DNA of 63,861 nucleotides, filler included, from Octopus bimaculoides (taxonomy: Eukaryota): assembly GCF_001194135.2 (NCBI RefSeq). It is 5 parts of 5 records of this genome, joined end to end, with 100 filler letters (N's around TTAATTAATTAA, not from the genome) between each part and the next. Parts side by side here need not be neighbours in the genome. Positions count along the whole stretch, not along the records: positions 37,891 to 53,172 come from NC_068997.1; positions 53,273 to 62,628 come from NC_069008.1; positions 62,729 to 63,861 come from NC_068982.1; 2 more parts are not named here. One strand, given 5' to 3'. Below, piece by piece: positions 52,174 through 63,861 of the stretch. A program made the position numbers and the translations under genes. The notes below the pieces were generated by a model that had not been told where the DNA came from, searched no databases, and was given only the letters and a program-made list of their open reading frames with translations. Each line of letters begins with the position of its first letter. The first letter of the stretch is position 1.

Positions 52174-52831
52174 TATATATATAGAAGGTTGAAAAGTAAC
52201 ACACGAGTTGATATGTACAAGAAAAATAAGACAAGGTAGAAAATACTAAAATAATTTTATCATGAAATACATTTTGTAACGGTTAGTAACAAAACTNNNN
52301 NNNNNNNNNNNNNNNNNNNNNNNNNNNNNNNNNNNNNNNNNNNATATATATATATATATATATATAATACACACACACACAAAGAGCAGGCTTCTTTCAG
52401 TTTCTGTCTACTAAATCCACTCACAAGGATTTGGTCAATCCGGGGCCGTGGTAGAAGACACTTGACCACTGAATAATTGAATAAGCTGACGGATAATACT
52501 TGACACTATGGTCAACTTCATCTACACAATAAATTTGACTCTAATCTCGTTAAAGAGTCACACCATCATTAAATGTCCCGATGAAAATTGTCTTAATCCT
52601 TTTGATAGCAAACCATCTGAGATCACCTTTGGTTCTTTAACACAACCTTCTTGCTTTGAAAGGGATCTAGATTAAAAGCCTTCCATTAAGATTTACTGTT
52701 AATTTATGTTCCAAACACCAGATTAATAAGCGAAACTTAATTGAAGCCAATGAGGCAGATGTTTTAGCAGAAATATGGTAAGAAAACAGTTAAAATTGCT
52801 TTAAGACAATAACTCACATATTATATGTATG

Positions 52832-52866
<35 letters not shown>

Positions 52867-53534
52867 ATGTGTGTGTGTATGTACATATATGTATGCACAT
52901 GCATACACATGTACATGCACATATATATGCATACATACACAACATATATCTATATATATACACATACATATATACATGTACACATATACACGTACATACA
53001 TATACATAACCATATATATATATATATATGGGAGAATATACAAAAAATAACAACAGACGAGGACAGGTGGTGTAAATAACAAAAGTATATATTAGTATGA
53101 CGCTCGGGAATACGGAAAGTCTTTGATGTTTCGAGCTACGCTCTTCAACAGAAAGAATACGGAGACAAGGAGNNNNNNNNNNNNNNNNNNNNNNNNNNNN
53201 NNNNNNNNNNNNNNNNTTAATTAATTAANNNNNNNNNNNNNNNNNNNNNNNNNNNNNNNNNNNNNNNNNNNNTATATATATATATATATATATATATAAA
53301 CTTCAAAGCATTAGCTAGGTCTAATTTGATTAGTGTGCCGACAAGTTTATGATTAATAACGACGCAAAAATTAACACCACACACGTCGAAGCTTCTTGAC
53401 CTTGACATTTCTGTTATTGAGGAACCACTTTGGGATATTGTGTACAAGTAGACACATATACACATAGAACCATACATACACACACATACATACATCATAA
53501 ACATACATACGTCATAAATACATACATGCATACA

Positions 53535-53940
53535 TACTCTTTTACTCTTTTACTCTTTTACTCTTTTATTTGTTACAGTTATTTGACTGCGGCCATGCTG
53601 GAGCACCGCCTTTAGTCGATCAAGTCGACCCCAGGACTTATTCTTTGGAAGCCTAGTACTTATTCTATCCGTCTCTTTTTGCCGAACCGCTAAGCTACGG
53701 GAACGTAAACACACCACCATCGGTTGTCAAGCGATGTGGGGGGGGGGACAAACATAGACACACTAACATATACACACACACATACATATATACATATATA
53801 CGACGGGCTTCTTTCAGTTTCCGTCTACCCAATCCACTCACAAGGCTTTGGTCGGCCCGAGGCTATAGGAGAAGACACTTGCCCAAGGTGCCACGCAGTG
53901 GGATTGAACCCAGAACCATGTGGCTGGTCAGTAAGCTACG
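53535..53940 (-). mobile_element. SINE family B, full length, CpG-retaining
   Basis: Complete head, body, central (CA/TA)n and (TACTCTTT)n tail. Confidence 0.93.
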
Positions 53941-54822
53941 TACGTACGTACATACATAAATGCATACATACATGCATACATACATACATACATACATACA
54001 TACATACATACATACATACATACATACATACATACATACATGCAATCGTGCATACTCCCTAAATACCAATCTTGAGAAATTTGGCTTCTCAAAATCAGAA
54101 AAGTGAAAGCTAATTCGAGGACTACAGATTTAATTAATCACTGGAACTGTAAAAATCTATAAAACCTTCCAGAATTTTATCGTTTAAATATCTATGAACG
54201 TGTCTAGATATGCAGTTATAGGCATGAGAATACATACATAAAACAAATCGTGTAAATCTGTATATATATACATACATACATACATACATACATACATACA
54301 TCTATCTATTCATACATACATACATACATACATACATACATACATACATACAGCCATACATCGATCCATCTAGACATACATCCATACATATATATTTTTC
54401 CATACTTACATACATACATACGTACATACATACATACATACGTACATACATACATACATACATACATACAGACATGAGTACATACCTCATACAGACATAC
54501 ATCTATACAAACATTCATACATACATACATACATTCATACATACAAACATATATACCTAAATACATACATACAAACAAAAATACAAAATTGTTGATCTTG
54601 AAATTCCAATGAAGGAGCCTTTGATCTAGGTTAGAAACCGGGTCTTTCTCTACTGGCAAGAAATCTTGAAATAAACTGAATAATAACACACATACATGCA
54701 TGCATGTATATATATATATATACTTGCTTTTAATATGGTTACTTAAACGTTTTCCTTTAAAATTACGCCGATCTAATACAGACCAAATCTGTCGTTATAT
54801 TTTTTCCTTGTTATGTATATAC

Positions 54823-54862
<40 letters not shown>

Positions 54863-55722
54863 ATGATTACATGTATATGTGTGTGTGAGTGTGGTGTGTG
54901 TCTATGTTATATNNNNNNNNNNNNNNNNNNNNNNNNNNNNNNNNNNNNNNNNNNNNNNNNNNNNNNNNNNNNNNNNNNNNNNNNNNNNNNNNNNNNNNNN
55001 NNNNNNNNNNNNNNNNNNNNNNNNNNNNNNNNNNNNNNNNNNNNNNNNNNNNNNNNNNNNNNNNNNNNNNNNNNNNNNNNNNNNNNNNNNNNNNNNNNNN
55101 NNNNNNNNNNNNGGTAAAAATAAATGAAGCCTTAGATTAAATTTTATAAACTCAGCAGTGACCCTAGATTCCCTCTGTGTTGCTGTGCACCGTTTAAGTG
55201 CCGCTTCTCTAAAATATCATAATACTAGCTTAAAAAGCTGCACTGAGGGCGATCTTTTAACGCAGCTCCTGCGGAGAGCTAACTGAGTTTGCGGCCCAAA
55301 GCTAAAGAGAGCAAAATAGCATTATTATAATACGTCTATAATGGTGTTTGATCAGAGGTTAAGGACGGATGAGAATTAATTCTGTAATGCAATTATTTTA
55401 TTGTTCCAGTCCCAAGTTGATTTCCAACTGTTCGCCAATTTGTCACAGAGTTCTCATCTCGACGTAAAAGTAACGAAGCGAACGTCTTTTTTCTGCCCCT
55501 TGAACTCCGACATTTAAGTTCGACTTTGCATTTCAAGCAGCTGCTACCATTCTGAAAGAACAACGAAGAGATATCGGCAATACACTTAATATTCATGGTC
55601 GAACAGTAAACACCACAGTTCAAAGAAACAGGATCACCCAAAGATCCAGGACTGAATCTCCACTAAAACCAGCATTTCAAAAACGGCAGGCTGTCATGTA
55701 GCTTAGGATACACCCATTAAGT

Positions 55723-56228
55723 CAGGGGTCGCCAAAGGGGGTCCGAGGGATTCCCTAGGGTTCGGCGAGGAATTACAGGGGGTCGATGTGCGGAAGACCA
55801 GCTCACCCAGATGAACTGCTTGAAATACTCAGTCAGCGTCATGCTAATCTCTCACATTGTTGTTGTCAATTTCAATAAAATATATTCCAGCAATATGATG
55901 CGTTTTTCACATTTTCTGACCGTGAAAACAATTTCACAAAAATTGAAAGTTTAATACCGTATACTCGTCTACGTAGTTTTAAATGTAAAAAGTGAGTCAT
56001 CTTCAACAGAATTTCTTAAATTGTCGTAGATATATATTTTCGCTAACATTCTAATTGCCAGCATTTGTACTCGGTACGCATTTAAGATATGGTAGGGTAG
56101 GGTAGGGTATTAAGATATTTTAAATGACGAAGGTGGCCGATGCGGAAAGAGAAGTGGCTAAATGGGGTCGATGCGGAAGGAGAAATAACTAAAGTGGGTC
56201 GATAGTCGAAAACGTTTGGCGACCCTTG
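55723..56228. mobile_element. hAT-family MITE
   Basis: 14-bp TIRs CAGGGGTCGCCAAA / TTTGGCGACCCTTG (1 mismatch); 8-bp flanks CATTAAGT / CCTTAGGT (6/8); subterminal GGTCGATGCGGAA repeats. Confidence 0.8.
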
Positions 56229-56810
56229 CCTTAGGTCATGTATCCTTGAGTACCCCGACAATACGTAACCTACAGTGTCCCCAACTCCTCTGGAATCTCA
56301 AGAAATAACTAGTCGATAAATTTGCATGACGGCGGTTCTTCTACAGATTTTTTCCTGCTGTCCGCTCGCCTCGTGGTGAGTTTGCACAGCCTAGACATTT
56401 AATATAGGGCCTGTTATTAAATACACTTACTGGCATTTTGAATGAACACCGAGGTGATACGGGTCACACATGTGGTAATGAAATATCTCAACGTAAATAT
56501 TCCAGATGGTTAATAAACTAGATATAAATACCATTAATTTGTACCGTTAAAGGAGACATTTATATCATATAATAGAGGATGAGGTGAATAAGTTCACAGA
56601 ACACAAACTTAGTCGTACGTAAAGGAAACTCTCCGTATACGGAGGAGATTTTATACTCTAAACTCTTACACAAGACTTTAAAAGTTCAAAACGCGAACCT
56701 CTGGCATTGAGCGTTATCTGTATGTATCTATGTATGGATATGTGCGTGTGTATATACATGTGTGTATGAGTGGATGTGTGTGTATATATATATATATGTA
56801 CATACATAAA

Positions 56811-57596
56811 GACTAGTCTGATCAATAAGCATCCGGACTGATGCCATAGTAACGTAGCTAAAGCACTCAGAGTGAAGCTGCTTGGCACAGACTGACTATG
56901 GACTCTGCTGTGCATGCGCAGTAAGTGTTAACAGAGAAAGTTGTCATTGCGATACCTGCTCAGAAGCCTACACAAAGTTGCGGAAAGTGTATGGAGAGGA
57001 GTGTATGAACCGCACACAAGTGTATGAGTGGTTCAGACGTTTCCAAGACGGCCGAAAAATGTCGATATTGACGAACGTTCTGGGAGACCCACAACGAGCA
57101 GAACTGAGAAAAACATCGCAGATGTGCGTGCAGCTGTGAGGGGAAATCATCGAATCACCATCCGTGAGTTATCAGAGGATGTGCAGGTTAGTTACGGTTT
57201 ATTTCACTTCATTACCACTGAAGATTGGGCGTAAGACGTGTGTCTGCCAAGTTTGTGCCAAAACAGCTTTCAGCTGACCAAGAAGAAACTCAGGTTTCAG
57301 TTGCACAAAATCTTCCTGGTCGTGTCGAGAACGATGAAACCTTTTTGAAAACTTTGCGTAGGCCTCTGAGCAGGTATTGCCAAGCTTTTGCCAAAATTTG
57401 ATGAAGATTCTCTGCTCAACTTACTTTGTCATGGTCACACGCTATACACGTTCCTTGCAAGCGCTTCTGTAAACGGTGGAAGTTAGTTTGCATGCACAGC
57501 AGAGTTCAAGGTCAATCTGTGTCAAGCGGCTTTACTCTGCGTGCTTTAGCTTAGTTACTATGGCAGTAGTCCGGATACTTATTGATCAGAATATGT
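56811..57596 (+). mobile_element. Internally deleted mariner with ~110-bp inverted termini
   Basis: YTKLRKVYGEECMNRTQVYEWFRRFQDGR/NVDIDERSGRPTTSRTE...RITIRELSEDV...RRVSAKFVPK; no DD34D region; termini TCTGATCAATAAG.ATCCGGACT..TGCCATAGTAAC...CTCTGCTGTGCATGC are inverted. Confidence 0.9.
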
Positions 57597-57819
57597 ACAT
57601 ATATAATACATTAAAAGACAGCTTGAATCTTGCTTGTTTGCTTGCTTGCAATGTTACCCGTTACCCAGCCAAACTGGCGCATAATGAGAAAATACTATGA
57701 ATTAAATTTCCCCTGAAATGTAAATACGAAAGTAATAAACCAAATTTCGCGTAAATCGTACAAGTGGTTGTGGACATATTAGGGGTTTTCGGGGGTATAA
57801 TACGCAAAACGGTGCATAA

Positions 57820-57938
57820 TTCAACTGGTACTTATTTTGTCGTCCCTAACGGATGAAAGGTTAAGTTGACCTTGGCAGAATTTGAACTCAGAACGCAACG
57901 CCGGACGAAATGCTGCTCAGCATTTTGTCCAGCTCGCC
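57820..57938 (-). mobile_element. SINE-A fragment
   Basis: ACTGGTACTTATTTT...GGATGAAAGG...GAATTTGAACTCAGAACG. Confidence 0.75.
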
Positions 57939-58440
57939 AGCACAATCTGCAGAGAGTGGCAGAGTCGGAGACCTATAAGATCCTCTGGGATTTCCCAATT
58001 CAAACAGACCAGATGCTAGAGCACAACAAGTCGGACCTATTGGTGGTGGACAAGGTGAACCACATGTACTGTATGGTTTATATTGTGTTCCACTTTGACC
58101 TATGAATAGTCAAGAAGGAAGGTGAAAAAATAGCCGTGTACAGTCCTCTTACATACGAGATAGCCCGACTATGGAAATGAACGAGGTGAAGACAGATCCA
58201 ATTATTGTTGGGTCCTTGGAGACAGTATCAGATAGCATCAAGAGAAATATAAATAAAATCAGAATAGAGTGTCCTGTAGAGCTGTTGCAAAAAGTTTGCC
58301 TCCTTGGCACGGTCAGAACCATCAGGAAAGTATTAGATAGTTAAAAAGAATGGATAGCATGATATTGTAAGCTGCAAGTAGGAAGCCCGCTACGCATGCA
58401 AGACTTCAGGAGTTCCAACACAACACGAGTTAAAATAATG
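57939..58440 (+). mobile_element. R4/Dong-clade LINE 3' end, copy 1 (restriction-like endonuclease domain)
   Basis: KILWDFPIQTDQMLEHNKSDLLVVDK...EKIAVY...PIIVGSLETV...LLQKVCLLGTVRTIRKVLDS*, then UTR and TAA repeats. Confidence 0.85.
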
Positions 58441-58456
58441 ATAGTAATAATAATAA

Positions 58457-58692
58457 CAGAAAAAAGTATCGGAAGGCATCAAGAGGAGTACAAAGGAAAT
58501 TGGAATAGAGTGCCCAGTAGAACTGTTGTAAAAGGTTTGCATTCCTAGCACGGCCAGAATAATCAGGAAAGTATTAGATAATTGAAAAGAACGAATAGCA
58601 TAGTACCGTAGGTTGCAGATATTAAGCCTAATACGCATGCAAAACTCCAGGAGCTCCAACAAAAGCGTTGATAAAGAGAAAATAACAACAAC

Positions 58693-58755
<63 letters not shown>
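58457..58755 (+). mobile_element. R4/Dong copy 2 (short 3' end of the same family) plus (AAT)n
   Basis: GAATAGAGTGCCCAGTAGAACTGTTG...ATCAGGAAAGTATTAGATA...GCATGCAAAACTCCAGGAG repeats 58260-58420. Confidence 0.85.
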
Positions 58756-58897
58756 CATTTCTACTGTAGGACACAAGGCCTGGCTTTTGGGGGAGGGGGA
58801 AAGTCAATCACATCGACCCCAGTACTCAGCTGCTACTTAACTTATCGACCCTGAAAGGATGAAAGGCAAAGTCGACCTCGGCGGAATTTGAACTCAT
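58755..58897 (-). mobile_element. SINE-A (tail type 2), 5'-truncated, tail-to-tail with Dong copy 2
   Basis: CATTTCTACTGTAGGACACAAGGCCTG...GGATGAAAGGCAAAGTCGACCTCGGCGGAATTTGAACTC. Confidence 0.88.
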
Positions 58898-58914
58898 TTA
58901 ATAAATGATAATAA

Positions 58915-60610
58915 TAACAGATGTTGACACAGTTATAAAAGAACGTAAGCAGGAACAAACTTAGAAATACCTAGGAATAAATGAAAGCTCTGGCATTGAG
59001 CGTATAAGCAGGGAAGATCAGAAAGGAATGTTACAGGCGAGTTCGGGCAGTCTTGAAATCTGAGCTAGATGCATTGAACAAGGTGTTAGCCATTATATTA
59101 CTTCGCTGTTCCAATTATTTATAGCTTCATTGTGTTGAAGTGGAATATCAGTGAAATAAAGAAAATTGACAGTAAAATACGTAAGCTGCTAACTTGTAAT
59201 AAGATGCACCGCTCAAAGGCAGACGTGGATCGTCTTTACCTTCCCAGAGCCCACGGAAGTGGAGGCTTGATCCAATTTGAACTCTCTTATTTTTTTATTG
59301 CCCACAAAGGACTAAATATAGAGGGGACAAACAAGGACAGACAAAGGAATTATGTCGATTACATCGACCCCAGTGCGTAACTGCTACTTAATTTATCGAC
59401 CCCGAAAGGATGAAAGGCAAAGTCGACCTCGGTGGAATTTGAACTCAGAATGTAACGGCAGACGAAATACCGCTAAGCATTTCGCCAAATATCTTGAAAC
59501 AACTAACGACTGAATGCTTAAACCATTGAAAACCACGATAGGCGTAAGGAACTTCATTCTGTCATGAAGAAAAGCAAAAAAAAAAAATGGCTACCGAGTT
59601 CATACGTGATACCCACTCTGAACAGCCTGAGGGAAATGCAACAACAGATATTGCAAAGAAGGTGAACTTAACGGCAGATATATGGGAGCAGAAATTTCAG
59701 CATGGCAAATATGTGGCTCGTAGCACACCCATTAGTGGGTGCACAGCTCAGAGTTAAAGGCTGAGAGCAAAGGCATCGTTTTAGCTGCTCAAGTTCAAAG
59801 CTTATTCACCCGGAAATACCAAGTCAACATGATGAAAAATGCAGTAGATCAAAAGTGTCGAAACTGCAACGATGACACTGAAGCAGTGGACCGCCTAATC
59901 TCCAGATGCAGTTTTAGCATTAGTGGAGTACAAATCAAGACATGACAGAGTTGGTCAATATCTAGATTGGTTAATTGGTTAATATGTTGGCATTATGAAA
60001 TCAAAACTGTTGACAAATGGTGTAAGCACCACCCAGGGACTGTAACCGAGGGAGAAAATGTAACGATTCTCTGGGACTTTCCACTGCATACAGACAGAAC
60101 CATCAAAGCTAATAAACTAGATATTGTTGTGAAAGGCCAAAACAATATCGTCTGTTTATTGATTGATAATGAGTATGCCATGTAATCATAATAATATCTC
60201 TGGAAAAGAATTTGACAATCTCAGAAAATATAAAGATTTGCTCATTGAAATCGGATAAATGTGGCGTCTCTAAAGCGCTTACTTTACCAGTGATTGTAGG
60301 AGCACTTGGAATGATCAAAAATGGAACTGAAAATTATTTGAGATTAATCCCTGGCATGGAATAATCCATGCAGGAAGTGCAAAAGATTGTTTCAACTGGT
60401 ACGTCGCACATTTTAAAAAGAGTATTGTAACTGTGAGAACGATTACCACCTGTTTAAATTTCTTTTCTAGCTTTATTTTTATTTTGTGAATGAAAAATCG
60501 GCTGGATGTTCATTTTAATGGCTTATCAATGTATACATTGAGTTTCTTTGCCCTAGGTGTCGGGAAGACACTAGGCAAGAAATGGAAACAACATTGAAAG
60601 AAAAAATACT
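58915..60610 (+). mobile_element. R4/Dong-clade LINE copy 3 (different subfamily): RT C-terminus, zinc knuckle and RLE; interrupted by SINE-A at 59290-59486
   Basis: KYLGINE...IRKECYRRVRAVLKSEL; KADVDRLYLPRAHGSGGLIQ; CRNCNDDTEAVDRLISRC; RHDRVG; VTILWDFPLHTDRTIKANKLDIVV; KYKDLLIEI; PVIVGALG. Confidence 0.9.
59290..59486 (-). mobile_element. SINE-A (tail type 1), CpG-rich, inside Dong copy 3
   Basis: Near-identical to 22704-22938; the LINE frame resumes (KYLETTND) after it. Confidence 0.92.
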
Positions 60611-60657
60611 ATTAGTATTTTAAAAGGATTGATGTAACACCTCACAAAGGTAAATAC

Positions 60658-61098
60658 ACAATACGAAGAGCGCGATGCGATTGCAATAGATATTTGATTG
60701 GTTTGAACAATATTTCGACAGCTCGTCTGCCTTTGTTGAGTTCAAGATGCAAAGTGATACGTAGAAATTCGAAATCATAGAAATTCAAATTCAAAAATCT
60801 GAACGAGAGTAACCTGCGTTCTAGCGATGGCAGAATGACATATTCCGTCTTCAATTTTCAAGCTAACAACTCGCAAAAAGAAAAGAAACGAAAAGGAAAA
60901 AAGAAAAGAAAAAGAAAAAAAGAAAAGGGAAAAGAAAATATTTAATCAGACAGTTGTAAACTTGAAAACTGAAGGCTGATGATATCATTCTGAAGATGTC
61001 ACTTTTCATTTTGAACTTGACAAAGACAGGCAAGCTGCCCAAATATTGTTCAAACCAATAAAATATTTATTGCAATCACATTATGCTCTTCGTATTGT
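60658..61098. mobile_element. Foldback-like MITE with long inverted arms around (GAAAA)n; another arm copy at ~35070-35170
   Basis: ACAATACGAAGAGC.. at 60658 and GCTCTTCGTATTGT at 61085-61098; arm similarity extends about 100 bp or more. Confidence 0.7.
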
Positions 61099-61289
61099 CT
61101 AATGATGATAACAGACTCTCCCGTGAAAGACAACGAATGAGTGATCAGCTTTTGCCGAACGACCTACACAACACACCACCCGGCCTAGGAATAAAAGCAA
61201 CCTGTTACAGCAACCTGAAAATGCTGAAATAATTAATGAACATTTTAACCCCACAACAATTTAGACCAAATTTCGTTAATCAGTTAATC

Positions 61290-61606
61290 AGAAATCATCT
61301 TACGCCTTGCTTGAGTGGCCTAGGTAAAAAAAATGCTCCAACCGTGGCGCATATTCCATCTGTGTATAAAATTTGAAGAAAATCGGTTGGAAACTTTAAA
61401 ATTTATGGTAGAAAATAACATTCATATGAGAAATTGCATTGAAATATCGTATTGATTTTTGAAAATTCGATGCTGATTAAAAATTATCGATTTTTTAAAA
61501 AATTCCAAGTGCGTAAGTGACCGTATGGGCTCTAGCGCCACACACGTGTCAAGTTTCATCAAGATCGGTTGGATAGTCTCGAAGGAGTTAAAGTAACAAA
61601 TTCACA

Positions 61607-61648
<42 letters not shown>

Positions 61649-61650
61649 GG
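61290..61650. mobile_element. Helitron/HINE-like non-autonomous repeat with (CA)n
   Basis: AAATTTGAAGAAAATCGGTTG and AAGTTTCATCAAGATCGGTTGGATAG followed by ACAAA(CA)n. Confidence 0.4.
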
Positions 61651-61659
61651 TGGATAAGA

Positions 61660-62525
61660 AGTCCTGATTTTCTTAAGTTGAGGCCCACATGAGAATATCC
61701 CCTGTCTTAAAATACTGATATAATTTGTATATGACACCTAGATCTTTCTGTAGAAGATCAAGCATCGAGAGGATTCTTTTCTACTCGTGGTACTTGTGTT
61801 ATCGTCGGCCTAACCCGTAAGAATTGGCTGCCAGGGTGACTGACAGCGTGTCTCAGAGGACCATCACAAACATCAACAGCATTTCCCTGGGGCACTCCAC
61901 TCGCTATTAAATATCCTCGCTGGAGAGAGTTCCAGTGGTTGCTGCAACCTGGTTCCTTTCTTTTAAGAAGTTATGTAATCACTCTCTTAGTTTCCCAAAT
62001 ATGTCGAGTCATCGCAGCCTGTGACTTATCAACTCGTCATCAAACTTTCCAAAAACCGAGATATATCACATCCACGTTTGAGTGTTTCATAAATTGCTTC
62101 AGCACCCAGTCATAACGCAACAGAAGCTGTGTAAGGCAGTTTCTTCCTGAACGGAAGCGATGCTGGGTGTCAGGGAGCAAGCCATTATCTTTTAGGAGCG
62201 TGATCAGCTTCTTACTGGCAATTCATTCCATGACCTTGCTAAGATGCGAGTTTAGAGAGACAGGCCTATAATCTTTAACATCTGCTCTGCTTCCTCTTTT
62301 ATGGATAGGCCGTTATTGCTGTTGAAATGGAACTTCGAGTTTGCTTTGATATTTTAAACTTGAATTCCAAAAGACTTTCACTACTTGAAAAAAAAAAAAA
62401 TTTTATGAACTTTATGACCAATATATTAAGTTTCTTTTTTATTCCAAATAGAAACTTTCGGGGAAGTCTGCTACTTGTCAGGAAGCTTTGGAAGAGGATC
62501 TGCAGCGGTCTTGTTAAGACCCTTC
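61660..62525 (-). mobile_element. CR1-clade LINE RT relic
   Basis: RVLTRPLQILFQSFL; GSRADVKDYRPVSL; TQHRFRSGRNCLTQLL; SNVDVIYL; SGVPQG-like segment. Confidence 0.8.
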
Positions 62526-62737
62526 GCATGATATATAATTATAAACACACGCACTCACGTGCATACGCACACACATATATATATATATATATATTCACCA
62601 TAATAGATCACTAGCCACTATATATATANNNNNNNNNNNNNNNNNNNNNNNNNNNNNNNNNNNNNNNNNNNNTTAATTAATTAANNNNNNNNNNNNNNNN
62701 NNNNNNNNNNNNNNNNNNNNNNNNNNNNATATAAAGA

Positions 62738-62850
62738 ACGGGCATCTTTAGTTTCCAGCTACCAAATCCACTTACAAGGGTTTGGTTGTCCCAGGGTTTC
62801 AGTAGAAGAATTTCGCCCTAACTGCCATGCAGTGTGACTGAACTGTGCGG
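62738..62850 (-). mobile_element. SINE family B head fragment
   Basis: CCAAATCCACTTACAAGG...AGTAGAAGA...GCCATGCAGTGTGACTGAAC. Confidence 0.6.
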
Positions 62851-63453
62851 CTAGGGATCAGAATTCATCCGACACGGCTACGCCTACACCTGTTTACATG
62901 CGACACGATTTCTTGAGTTCCCATCTATCAAATGCATTCAATAGCGTTTCGTTGTTCCTGTGCTACAGAAGATGGTACTTCCCAAAATTCCATGCGGTAG
63001 GAAGAAACACTGCTTGTAAGCAAATGTCACGCACACTCAGTCACACACACACACAAACACACACACACACACAAACACACACATACACACACATACACAC
63101 ACACACACACTCAAATGCACACATGTTTATACAGCTATATACATTATCAATCTAAGTGTCTATCAATGAATGAATGAATCAATCAATCATCCAATTCATC
63201 TATATATTTGTCTGTCTGTATGTCTGCCCGTCTGATTCTCTGTCACTCTCAGTCTGGCTATCGACTATATATGTACCTATATATCTTTGGGTATAAGTAT
63301 ACATATACACATATACGTACACACAACACACCATTGTATTCTTGGCGCGAAACCGATTGGTAAGACCAGCCGTGATGATTATCTAATACTATACATCTCG
63401 GATAATATATATATTATACATACATATATATACATATATATATTAAAAATTTT

Positions 63454-63610
63454 ATGGAATTACCTTAGGTTTCCCGTCCATAAAGGGTTTACTTTTATGG
63501 CGTATAGTCAGATCCCAAATACCTGTTTAGATGGTGACCGTCACGCTGGGATCTGAAGATACGCCATAAAGCTGAACTCTTTATGGACGGGAAACCTAAG
63601 GTAATCCCAT
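63454..63610. mobile_element. ~155-bp palindromic MITE (long hairpin)
   Basis: Arms 63456-63517 and 63547-63608 are near-perfect reverse complements (TTACCTTAGGTTTCCCGTCCATAAAG...TTTATGGCGTAT...CAGATCCCA). Confidence 0.75.
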
Positions 63611-63861
63611 TAACAGCCTTCTCCAATTTTAATATATACTGCTCTACATCTTAGAGCGTGCTTTTTCTTTCGGATTTATGTTTTCTATAAACGATATCTA
63701 TATATATAAATATAGATAAAGGTTTTTTTCATACTGAACTACTTGGCAAAATTGTTAATTATTAATTCTATTATTAATTGACGATTCTCTGCCCTTATTC
63801 TTGTATATTTTATATTTGATATCTCTAAGTTAGATGGTTAAACCGTAAATCCCTCCACACG

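Noticed and set aside
53300-53420. KCQGQ/SFDVCGVN resembling a Helitron/Pif1 helicase motif
   Set aside because: Needs a frameshift, is very short, and has no flanking motifs.
58680-58900. Idea that SINE-A tails derive from the Dong 3' end
   Set aside because: No sequence match between any SINE-A tail and the Dong UTRs here, and their triplet tails are on opposite strands.

Overview
AT-rich, microsatellite-saturated animal genomic DNA. The SINE and LINE content looks like a coleoid cephalopod, most likely Octopus (inferred from repeat content, not verified). Four 100-bp joins (44 N + TTAATTAATTAA + 44 N) cut the window into five segments whose true adjacency is uncertain. The only well-supported host coding sequence is two minus-strand exons (46137-46009 and 44452-44285) that splice in frame into a complete WSC domain, most likely from peptide O-xylosyltransferase (oxt/XYLT). 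I could not find its neighbouring exons. The rest is decayed or non-autonomous mobile DNA: three tRNA-headed SINE families (called A, B and D here), CR1-, RTE- and R4/Dong-clade LINE relics, a Penelope-like RT relic, mariner/Tigger/hAT relics and MITEs, and Helentron/HINE-like elements. The most notable patterns are a CpG-eroded domain (~39-52 kb) around the WSC exons, a pile-up of R4/Dong elements and SINEs in (TAA)n microsatellites, modular 3' tails on SINE-A, and a 21-bp heptad-coding minisatellite. I found no convincing novel autonomous system. Almost all long ORFs in the track are microsatellite or N-gap artefacts. Repeat coordinates are approximate (about +/-10-20 bp); exon coordinates are exact.
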